64,000 bases of DNA. Source: Lutibacter sp. (lineage in GTDB: Bacteria > Bacteroidota > Bacteroidia > Flavobacteriales > Flavobacteriaceae). A program made the translations under genes and the position numbers. This document shows, piece by piece, positions 8,400 through 16,122 of the stretch (positions are counted from its first letter, which is position 1; the number at the start of each line of letters is the position of its first letter). The stretch spans positions 426 to 64,425 of the forward strand of contig NZ_JBFHHX010000003.1 of assembly GCF_041596795.1 (NCBI RefSeq). Reading direction: 5' to 3'. The notes beneath the pieces were generated by a model that saw only the letters and a list, made by a program, of their open reading frames with translations, did not search any database and was not told the origin of the DNA.

Positions 8400-9056
8400 T
8401 TAATTACTTTTTATAGCACTAAAAAATGCATTTAATTTTTGTAAATCTAACTTTCCGTTGGTTCTTACTCCGCTACATAAATCCAATCCAAAAGCGCCAA
8501 CTTGTTCAATTGCATTTTTAGCATTTAAAGGATTTAATCCACCAGCTAAAAACACTGGAACATTCACATTTTCTACAATTTGTTTACTTATTTCCCAGTT
8601 ATGAACTCGCCCAGTTCCTCCTAATTCTTTAGTTGCTAAATTTGGATTTCCACTGTCTAGTAAAATTATATCAACTTTTGATGAAATTTCCATAGCTTCC
8701 TCAATAGATTTTTCATTTAATACATGTAAAACCTGAACAATTTTTACGTTAGGAAGTTCAGCTTTCAATTGCGCATGAGTTCCTTCTGTTAATGCATCAA
8801 CCAATTGAATAGTAGTTGTTTTTACTTTTGAATAGTGTTTTATAATTTCATCAACTTTAGTTTCACTAGTTAACAAAAAAGTTTCAATATTTTTTGGGAC
8901 AGAAATTGCAATTTCGGCTATTAATTCGTCTGAAATAATTCCCGGTCCGCTTGGCATATTCCCAACCAAACCTATAGATGAAGCGCCTGCATCAATTGCC
9001 AAATTTGCTTCTTGAATACTGCTAATGCAACAAATTTTTATGTGAGTTTTCTTCAT
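8400..9056 (-). CDS. phosphoribosylanthranilate isomerase (TrpF)-like TIM-barrel protein
   Basis: 218 aa, IKICCISSIQEANLAIDAGASSIGLV ... FLAGGLNPLN ... GLDLCSGV resembles PRAI. Tightly coupled between moaA and moeA. Confidence 0.6.
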   Translation of the reverse strand: MKKTHIKICCISSIQEANLAIDAGASSIGLVGNMPSGPGIISDELIAEIAISVPKNIETFLLTSETKVDEIIKHYSKVKTTTIQLVDALTEGTHAQLKAELPNVKIVQVLHVLNEKSIEEAMEISSKVDIILLDSGNPNLATKELGGTGRVHNWEISKQIVENVNVPVFLAGGLNPLNAKNAIEQVGAFGLDLCSGVRTNGKLDLQKLNAFFSAIKSN

Positions 9057-10042
9057 TATCCGCCAATTGTAGACATACTTTCAGAAACATCATTTCCTCT
9101 ATTGGCTTCGGCAATAAATCCGTTTTCTGGTTTATGATGTACAGTTTTTATAAACAATTCTTTTAAATCATCGTCACTTGCTCCATTTCTAATAAAATCG
9201 CGCACATTAAAAACGCCACCATCAAACAAGCAGTTTTTAAACATTCCAGTTGCTGTTATTCTAATTCTATTACAATCGTTACAAATGGTTCTTGTAAACG
9301 CTGGAATTATTCCAAAAGTTCCTTTATAACTAGGAATTCTATAATTTTTTGAAGTGGAAGATTTTTTTGATATAACCGATTCAACATCGGCATAATTATC
9401 TTTAATATGATTAATTATTTTATTGAAATTCCAAACTTCTTGCATTTCTCTTTGCCCTTTCCCATTAAATGGCATTTCTTCAATAAACCGAACTGCAATA
9501 TCTTTATCTTTGGAAAGTTCTACAAAATCAATAATTTCATTGGTATTAAAACCAGATTGCACTACTACATTCAGTTTTAATTTTAACTTGCTTTTTTCAA
9601 GCTTTTCAAAAGTATCAAATACATTTTCAAAAACATCTCTACGTGTAATTTTAGCAAACTTTTCTTTGTGTAAACTATCAATACTTAAATTTATCGCGTT
9701 AATGTTTAACTCTTCAAGCTTATCAATATAATTTGAAATTAAAGCACCGTTTGTAGTGATGTTTATTTCATCTAATTTATTGTTAAAGGATAATGATTCT
9801 AAAAAATTTATAAAGTCTTTTCTTACAAATGGTTCCCCTCCCGTTAATCTCACTTTATTTACACCTAATTCAGAAAGCACACGTGTTATTCTGTACATTT
9901 CTTTATAGGAAAGTAGTTCTTTTCTATCAACAATATCAATTCCTTGAGCAGGCATACAATATTGGCAACGCAAATTACAACGATCTGTAACCGCTAAACG
10001 TAAATACGAAATTTTTCTACCAAATTTATCCCTTAACTCCAT
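9056..10042 (-). CDS. moaA: GTP 3',8-cyclase MoaA (radical SAM)
   Basis: 328 aa, CNLRCQYCMP radical-SAM cluster, C-terminal CNDCNRIRITATG second cluster, terminal GG. Confidence 0.9.
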   Translation of the reverse strand: MELRDKFGRKISYLRLAVTDRCNLRCQYCMPAQGIDIVDRKELLSYKEMYRITRVLSELGVNKVRLTGGEPFVRKDFINFLESLSFNNKLDEINITTNGALISNYIDKLEELNINAINLSIDSLHKEKFAKITRRDVFENVFDTFEKLEKSKLKLKLNVVVQSGFNTNEIIDFVELSKDKDIAVRFIEEMPFNGKGQREMQEVWNFNKIINHIKDNYADVESVISKKSSTSKNYRIPSYKGTFGIIPAFTRTICNDCNRIRITATGMFKNCLFDGGVFNVRDFIRNGASDDDLKELFIKTVHHKPENGFIAEANRGNDVSESMSTIGG

Positions 10043-10677
10043 TAATTAAGTATAATTTTATTTCTTCCTAAACTTATAATTTCATCTTTTTCCATTTTTT
10101 TTAAAACTCTGGAAATAGCTTCTCTCGATACTTTTAAATCGCGCGCAATGTCAAAATGTTTTCTATTTATAGTATTATCATTATAAACAACACTAGCTTG
10201 TTCTAAATATTTCAACAATCTAAATTCTAAATTTTCAAAAGCAATATCATTAATTTTCTCTATTAAGAAAGATGTTTGCTTATAATTTAATTGAAAATAA
10301 TAAGATCGCCACGAATTATATTTTACAAACCACGAATTTACGGTTTTTACAGGAACGGTTATGTAAGAAATAGTACTTTCGGCTTTCAGCCTAATGTCGC
10401 TAATTTTATTTTGTAAAGCGTAGGTAATTGCTAAAGCGCTTGTTTGCTGTGTAGTTAAATAATGTAAAAAAATTCCATTTCCTTTTCCATCACGTCGCAT
10501 TACTTTTACTACCCCAGAAACTATGAATGGAATAAATTCAATTTCTCGTCGTATTTCTAATATAATTTTATCGGGATCTGCTTTTTTTAAAATGCCATAA
10601 TTACAAATTTCTTGCCTTAAATTATCTTCAAATATAGTAGAGAAATTTTGAGCAACAATTTCGTTAATTTTCATCAA
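10042..10677 (-). CDS. Crp/Fnr family transcriptional regulator (paralog A)
   Basis: 211 aa, cNMP-binding-like beta-roll plus C-terminal HTH DIARDLKVSREAISRVLKKM. Confidence 0.75.
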   Translation of the reverse strand: MMKINEIVAQNFSTIFEDNLRQEICNYGILKKADPDKIILEIRREIEFIPFIVSGVVKVMRRDGKGNGIFLHYLTTQQTSALAITYALQNKISDIRLKAESTISYITVPVKTVNSWFVKYNSWRSYYFQLNYKQTSFLIEKINDIAFENLEFRLLKYLEQASVVYNDNTINRKHFDIARDLKVSREAISRVLKKMEKDEIISLGRNKIILN

Positions 10678-10685
10678 AAATAAAT

Positions 10686-11099
10686 TTAATGTGGTAGCTT
10701 ATCTTTTAGCAATCCATACAAAAAGGCTCCTAAAGTTGCTCCAAATATAACCACTAAAATAGAAACCACTCCTCTACCAACTAATACAAACATTGGTCCT
10801 GGACAAGCACCAGCTAATGCCCAACCTAAACCAAACAATATTCCTCCCAATAAATTTCTATACAATCCCACTTTTTTAGGAGTGATATGAATATCATTTC
10901 CTTCAAATGTTTTTACCATTTTTTTTCTGAATAAAAACATACTTATCATTCCTAAAACAACCGCCGAACCAATAATTCCATACATGTGAAACGATTGAAA
11001 TTTAAACATTTCGTAAATTCTATACCACGAAATTATTTCAGCTTTGCTCATTACTATTCCAAAAAGAATACCTACTAAAAAAAATTTAATGAATTTCAT
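10686..11099 (-). CDS. YeeE/YedE-family sulfur-compound transporter, small half
   Basis: Start moved to MKFIKFF (ATG 11099). Polytopic, with an AGACPGP motif like the YeeE/YedE cysteine loops. Confidence 0.65.
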   Translation of the reverse strand: MKFIKFFLVGILFGIVMSKAEIISWYRIYEMFKFQSFHMYGIIGSAVVLGMISMFLFRKKMVKTFEGNDIHITPKKVGLYRNLLGGILFGLGWALAGACPGPMFVLVGRGVVSILVVIFGATLGAFLYGLLKDKLPH

Positions 11100-11110
11100 G
11101 CCGTTCCTTT

Positions 11111-11668
11111 TTAAAATAATAGTGGTAAAATAAACCAAGTCATTACTAAACCTCCAATAAAAAATCCGATGACTGAAATTAAAGAAGGTAACTCTAAATT
11201 ACTTAATCCAACAATTGCGTGCCCAGAAGTACAGCCACCTGCCCAACGAGCACCAAAGCCAACCATAATACCAGCAATTATTAAAATTAAAAAGCCTTTT
11301 AACGACAGCATTGTATCTATGCTAAAAATTTCATCGGGTAAATAAGAAGCGCCTGCATTTTGAATTCCAATATCGGCTAAATCTTGTACAGTTTGTGGAT
11401 TTAAAGCTACCACATCATTTGGAGTAAGCCAATAATAAGATATAAATCCTCCAACAATGGCTCCCGCAACAAAAATTAAATTCCAAGCATTTTCTTTCCA
11501 GTCTATTTTAAAGTAATCAACAAATTTTCCTGCGCCGCCAATAGAACAAAGAGTCTCTAAATTTGATGAAACTCCAAAACGTTCACCAAAATAATACAAT
11601 AAAAACATGACAATTGCAATAACCGGACCTGCGACGTACCAAGCCCAAGGTTGAGTAATAAATTCCAT
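11111..11668 (-). CDS. YeeE/YedE-family sulfur-compound (thiosulfate-type) transporter, large half
   Basis: 185 aa polytopic, WAGGCTSGH conserved cysteine loop. Confidence 0.7.
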   Translation of the reverse strand: MEFITQPWAWYVAGPVIAIVMFLLYYFGERFGVSSNLETLCSIGGAGKFVDYFKIDWKENAWNLIFVAGAIVGGFISYYWLTPNDVVALNPQTVQDLADIGIQNAGASYLPDEIFSIDTMLSLKGFLILIIAGIMVGFGARWAGGCTSGHAIVGLSNLELPSLISVIGFFIGGLVMTWFILPLLF

Positions 11669-11692
11669 AATTTATTTAATTAGTTAGTTTTA

Positions 11693-11700
11693 TAAAAGTA
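11693..11700 (-). promoter_or_regulatory. -7-like box (TACTTTTA) for the yeeE operon
   Basis: 7/8 match to TAnnTTTG, 24 nt upstream of ATG 11668. Confidence 0.35.
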
Positions 11701-11720
11701 TTCTATAAATTATGCTGTTG

Positions 11721-11736
11721 TGTAACTTATGTTACA
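11721..11736. promoter_or_regulatory. perfect palindrome TGTAACTTATGTTACA (CRP-type TGTAA-N6-TTACA)
   Basis: 6-4-6 perfect inverted repeat between crp paralog B and yeeE, 20 nt from a -7-like box at 11693-11700. Confidence 0.5.
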
Positions 11737-11740
11737 TAGG

Positions 11741-12376
11741 TTAAAACTCAAGTATTTCAATTTTATTTCTATTCAGCTTAATTTTACCTTCATTTTCAAG
11801 TTGTTTTAACAATCTTGAAATTACAACACGTGATGTATGCATATCATAAGCAATGTCTTGATGTGTTGTATTTAATGAAGTTTCGCGCATTATCTGCGCT
11901 TTATCTTTCAAGTATTTATACAAACGCTCATCCATACGCATAAACGCCAACGTATCTATAGTTTCCATCATTTCGTTTAAGCGAATATTGTAACTGTCAA
12001 TAACAAAATTTCTCCATGATTTATACTTCACTAACCATTCATCCAGTTTTTCTTTTGGAAGAAATATAATTTCAGATTCTTTTTCAGCAATGGCTCTTAT
12101 CCCACATTTTCCATTAGAAATTGCACTTGCAAAAGAACTAGCACATGTATCTCCACGTTCTAAAAAGTACAACAAAATTTCTTCTCCTTTTTTATCTTCT
12201 CGTACAATTTTAATAGCTCCATCTAATAATAGCGGAACTCCTTTCATTTTATCACCTAAATCAACTAATAATTCGTTTTCACGTAATTTTTTATAAACAC
12301 CAATTTGCTCAATTTCATCTAATAATTCCTTTTCAAAAACAAACGAATAGTAGTTGTCTAATTTTTCTCTTATCAT
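11741..12376 (-). CDS. Crp/Fnr family transcriptional regulator (paralog B)
   Basis: 211 aa, same length as paralog A and shares WLVKYKSWR / WFVKYNSWR; HTH DIAYDMHTSRVVISRLLKQL. Confidence 0.75.
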   Translation of the reverse strand: MIREKLDNYYSFVFEKELLDEIEQIGVYKKLRENELLVDLGDKMKGVPLLLDGAIKIVREDKKGEEILLYFLERGDTCASSFASAISNGKCGIRAIAEKESEIIFLPKEKLDEWLVKYKSWRNFVIDSYNIRLNEMMETIDTLAFMRMDERLYKYLKDKAQIMRETSLNTTHQDIAYDMHTSRVVISRLLKQLENEGKIKLNRNKIEILEF

Positions 12377-13614
12377 TTTAAATAATTTAAAATTTTATTA
12401 GTAGCTCCAGTTTTATTTTCAACATATGCTTGAGCTTTTTTTCCTGCTTTCTGTCTTATGCCATTTGGCAATAAAAATTCGTTTAAAAGTACGGATAATT
12501 TTTGAGAATTATCTACTACAAAACAAGCTTCGTTTTTAACTAATTCTACCGCTTCATTAAATTTATAATAATTTGGCCCAATTACAATTGGAACACCAAA
12601 AGTTGCAGGCTCTAAAACATTATGAACCCCAGATTTTGTATAACCTCCTCCAACGTAGGCAACATCCGCATAACTGTAAATTTTAGTTAAAATACCAACT
12701 GTATCAATAATAAAAACCTGAAAATCTTTTAGGTTTCCAACTTCCTTTTCGGAAAATAAAACAACTTTTTTTGAAATTGATTTTTTTAAATTTAAAATAG
12801 CCTGTTGATTAATATTATGTGGTGCTATAATAAATTTTTCATTTTCTGAAGCTGTATTGTTGATATAATCTACCAATATATCTTCATCTTCTTTCCAAGT
12901 ACTTCCGGCAACCAATGTATACTTGTTATTCTTAAACTCTTCAATAAATCTTAATTGATTGTTTTGTTTGGTAATTTCAAAAACACGGTCAAAACGCGTA
13001 TCTCCACTTACCGTAACATTACTAAAATTAATAGATTTTAAAAGCATTTCAGACTTTTGATCCTGTACAAAAAAATGAGAAAATGATTGTAACGACTTTC
13101 GCATCCAACTTCCATACCATTTAAAAAAAGATTGATTTTCTCTAAAAATTCCAGAAACTAGAATTGTTTTTATAGCTCGCTTTTTTAGTTCGTTTAAATA
13201 ATTTGGCCAAAATTCATATTTCACAAAAATGGCAATTTCCGGACGCACAATGTCTAAGAATTTTTGAGCATTATAAATTGTATCTAAAGGTAAATAACAA
13301 ACAACATCTACTCCTTCATAATTTTTTCGAACCTCATAACCAGATGGTGAAAAAAAAGTAAGAACTATTTTTTTTGACGGATGTTCTATTTTTAGTTTTT
13401 CAATAATTGGCCTTCCTTGCTCAAATTCACCCAAAGAAGCACAATGAACCCAGATAACATTATCCGTTGCAGAAATGGTTGCATCTAGCTTTGAAAATGT
13501 ACCTTTTCTTCCATCAATAAAAAGTTTTATTTTTTTACTGAAAAGCGCAATAAATTTAAGCGCTAGACTTACTTTATAAACCAGTATATTATATAATATG
13601 TACATACGTTTCAA
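12373..13614 (-). CDS. waaA: 3-deoxy-D-manno-octulosonic acid (Kdo) transferase
   Basis: 413 aa, WVHCASLGEFEQGRP and GGHNVLEP-type motifs of KdtA/WaaA. Confidence 0.85.
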   Translation of the reverse strand: MKRMYILYNILVYKVSLALKFIALFSKKIKLFIDGRKGTFSKLDATISATDNVIWVHCASLGEFEQGRPIIEKLKIEHPSKKIVLTFFSPSGYEVRKNYEGVDVVCYLPLDTIYNAQKFLDIVRPEIAIFVKYEFWPNYLNELKKRAIKTILVSGIFRENQSFFKWYGSWMRKSLQSFSHFFVQDQKSEMLLKSINFSNVTVSGDTRFDRVFEITKQNNQLRFIEEFKNNKYTLVAGSTWKEDEDILVDYINNTASENEKFIIAPHNINQQAILNLKKSISKKVVLFSEKEVGNLKDFQVFIIDTVGILTKIYSYADVAYVGGGYTKSGVHNVLEPATFGVPIVIGPNYYKFNEAVELVKNEACFVVDNSQKLSVLLNEFLLPNGIRQKAGKKAQAYVENKTGATNKILNYLK

Positions 13615-13636
13615 AGTTACAAAATATGAGCATAAA

Positions 13637-13669
13637 AAAACTCCTAAACTTAAAAAGTAAAGGAGTTTT
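13637..13669 (-). terminator. hairpin + T-run after rpmA
   Basis: Minus strand AAAACTCCT-loop-AGGAGTTTT followed by a T-run. Confidence 0.5.
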
Positions 13670-13690
13670 AAATCAATAAAAATCTATGTA

Positions 13691-13951
13691 TTAAACCTCA
13701 AAAGGCTCAATAGAAACATAAGACTTGTTGTCTTTTCTTTTTTGGAATTTAACCAAACCATCCACTTTTGCGTGTAATGTATGATCTTTTCCCATATATA
13801 CGTTCTCACCAGGGTGGTGTTGAGTTCCTCTTTGACGGATTAAAATGTTTCCTGCAATTGCAGCTTGTCCACCAAATATTTTTACTCCTAGTCGTTTCGA
13901 TTCTGATTCTCTACCGTTCTTCGAACTACCTACTCCTTTTTTATGTGCCAT
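13691..13951 (-). CDS. rpmA: 50S ribosomal protein L27
   Basis: [24 protein letters not shown]..., 86 aa. Confidence 0.95.
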   Translation of the reverse strand: MAHKKGVGSSKNGRESESKRLGVKIFGGQAAIAGNILIRQRGTQHHPGENVYMGKDHTLHAKVDGLVKFQKRKDNKSYVSIEPFEV

Positions 13952-13978
13952 GATGTTATGGTTTTAAAATTGTAAATA

Positions 13979-14473
13979 TTAGTTAGTTAATGCTTCAATT
14001 AATTCAGCTTTCTTTAAAGTAGTGTATCCTGAAATACCTTTATCTTTAGCTAACTCTTTTAACTCAGCAACAGTCATTGAACTTAAATCTTCAGATGGAG
14101 CTGCTGCAACTTCCTTAGCTTTAGGTTCAGCTTTTTTTGCTGGTGCTTTTTTTACTGCGCCACTTGCTGCAATACTTTCAATTTGGATTTCAGTAAAAGA
14201 TTGTCTGTGACCATTTTTTACTTTGTATCCTTTTCTACGTTTCTTTTTGAAAACGATAACTTTATCACCTTTTAAGTGACCTAAGATTTTTGCCGTTACT
14301 TCGGCTCCTTCTATAGCTGGGGCGCCAACTGTTACATTTCCACCATTTTCTAAAAGAAGAACTTTATCAAAAGAAACTTGAGCTCCTTCTTCTTCTTGTA
14401 AGCGGTGAACGTAAACCTTTTGGTCTTTTGCTACTTTAAACTGCTGCCCTGCTATCTCTACAATTGCATACAT
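13979..14473 (-). CDS. rplU: 50S ribosomal protein L21 with a C-terminal A/K-rich linker and a Rho_N/SAP-like helix motif
   Basis: [14 protein letters not shown]... core of about 100 aa, then [10 protein letters not shown] linker and [30 protein letters not shown]. Confidence 0.9.
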   Translation of the reverse strand: MYAIVEIAGQQFKVAKDQKVYVHRLQEEEGAQVSFDKVLLLENGGNVTVGAPAIEGAEVTAKILGHLKGDKVIVFKKKRRKGYKVKNGHRQSFTEIQIESIAASGAVKKAPAKKAEPKAKEVAAAPSEDLSSMTVAELKELAKDKGISGYTTLKKAELIEALTN

Positions 14474-14534
14474 AAGCTTTATTTTATATTCGCTTTATTA
14501 ATTAATTAATTTCACCTTTCTCTTAAGGCGGGTG

Positions 14535-14542
14535 CAAATATA
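14535..14542 (-). promoter_or_regulatory. -7 promoter box (TATATTTG) for rplU-rpmA
   Basis: Perfect TAnnTTTG with a TTG 19 nt upstream on the minus strand. About 60 nt from ATG 14473. Confidence 0.5.
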
Positions 14543-14798
14543 ATTCTTTTTTCTTTTTTAGCAAAACTTTCTTATAAGAATACTCTCTGCAATAGCTTAT
14601 TAGGATTTTCAATCTTAAATTTCAGTTAATTTTTTGCAGAACATCAAAAAAATCAAAAATCTTTAATAAATTTGAGTTTATGGATTTTGCTATGAATATT
14701 ACCCATACCCTTTTTTTATCTTTAACAAGAACTGTAACAAGTTTAACATATTGGCGACCTATTAGCCATACTCAATTTAATTTAACCTATTAACAACT

Positions 14799-16115
14799 AT
14801 GAGAAAAATTTATCTAGTAAGTTTTTTAACACTACTTATCAGTGCAAGCATTTTTGCACAAAAAGTAGAATTTGAAGAATACGATTTAAGCAACGGTTTG
14901 CATGTAATTTTACATCAAGACAATTCAGCACCAGTAGTAACTACTTCTGTAATGTACCATGTTGGTGCAAAAGACGAGGTGCAAGGAAGAACTGGATTTG
15001 CACACTTTTTTGAGCATTTATTATTTGAAGGAACTAAAAACATTCCAAAGGGAGAGTTTTTTAAAATAGTTTCTGCAAATGGAGGAAGAAACAATGCAAA
15101 CACTACACAAGACAGAACCTATTATTATGAAACCTTTCCATCTAACAATTTAGAATTAGGATTATGGTTAGAGTCTGAGCGCATGTTACACCCTGTAATT
15201 AATCAAGATGGTGTAGATACTCAAAATGAAGTAGTAAAAGAAGAAAAAAGAGCCAGAATTGACAATGCTCCTTATGGCAAAATAATTTACAGAACAGGAA
15301 TTAATAAACATATTTTTAGCAAACATCCTTATAAAAACTCTGTAATTGGTAGTATGGAGGATTTAGATGCTGCTCAATTAGACGAGTTTTTAGCATTTCA
15401 TAAAAAATTCTATGCACCAAATAACGCAGTGCTAGTTGTTGCAGGAGATTTTGAAACAGCTGATGCTAAAAAAATGATACAAGATTATTTTGGCGACATT
15501 CCAAAAGGTGACGTTGTAGAAAGAGTAAATATTAAAGAAGATGCTGTTATAGCTAAAACCGTAACTGAAACCGACTCTAATATCCAAATCCCTATTAAAT
15601 TATTTATTTTTAGAACTCCATCAAGCAAAGATAAAGATGCATATGCTTTAGATATGGTATCATCTATTTTAACAAGTGGTAAAAGTTCTAGAATGTATAA
15701 AAAACTAGTTGAAGAGAAAAAAGCATTACAAGTTTTAGCTTTTAACGATTCTCAAGAAGATTACGGAACCTATATTATGGGCGCTTTACCAATGGGAGAA
15801 ACTTCTTTAGATGATTTAGCAACTGAAATGAACAATGAAATTGTAAAACTTCAAACTGAATTAATTTCTGAAAAAGAATATCAAAAACTTCAAAATCAAT
15901 TTGAAAACAACTTTGTAAACTCAAATTCTGGCGTTGAAAATATTGCTAGCACTTTAGCTACTAACTACATGTTAAAAGGAAATGCTCATTTAATAAATGA
16001 TGAATTAAGTATTTATCGTTCAATTACCAGAGAAGACATTAAACGTGTTGCTAACGAATTGTTAAATGCAAACAATCGCGTTGAAATGGATTACCTAAAA
16101 GCTAAAAGTGAATAA
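14799..16115 (+). CDS. M16 (pitrilysin/insulinase) family zinc peptidase, active subunit
   Basis: Signal peptide; HFFEHLLFEG inverted zinc motif HxxEH. Confidence 0.85.
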   Translation: MRKIYLVSFLTLLISASIFAQKVEFEEYDLSNGLHVILHQDNSAPVVTTSVMYHVGAKDEVQGRTGFAHFFEHLLFEGTKNIPKGEFFKIVSANGGRNNANTTQDRTYYYETFPSNNLELGLWLESERMLHPVINQDGVDTQNEVVKEEKRARIDNAPYGKIIYRTGINKHIFSKHPYKNSVIGSMEDLDAAQLDEFLAFHKKFYAPNNAVLVVAGDFETADAKKMIQDYFGDIPKGDVVERVNIKEDAVIAKTVTETDSNIQIPIKLFIFRTPSSKDKDAYALDMVSSILTSGKSSRMYKKLVEEKKALQVLAFNDSQEDYGTYIMGALPMGETSLDDLATEMNNEIVKLQTELISEKEYQKLQNQFENNFVNSNSGVENIASTLATNYMLKGNAHLINDELSIYRSITREDIKRVANELLNANNRVEMDYLKAKSE

Positions 16116-16122
16116 TTAAAAG

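Noticed and set aside
14733-14748. TGTAACAAGTTTAACA upstream of the M16 peptidase gene, similar to the CRP-type boxes
   Set aside because: The second half-site has mismatches. The sequence 20 nt downstream (TACTCAAT) is not a -7 box, so the architecture seen at the other two sites is not reproduced.
14543-14798. The 325-nt non-coding gap (14474-14798), examined beyond the rplU promoter for a ncRNA or riboswitch
   Set aside because: I saw only a possible extra -7 box (TAAATTTG, 14667-14674) and no convincing stable structure or conserved RNA motif. The question is unresolved without covariance-model scans or RNA-seq.
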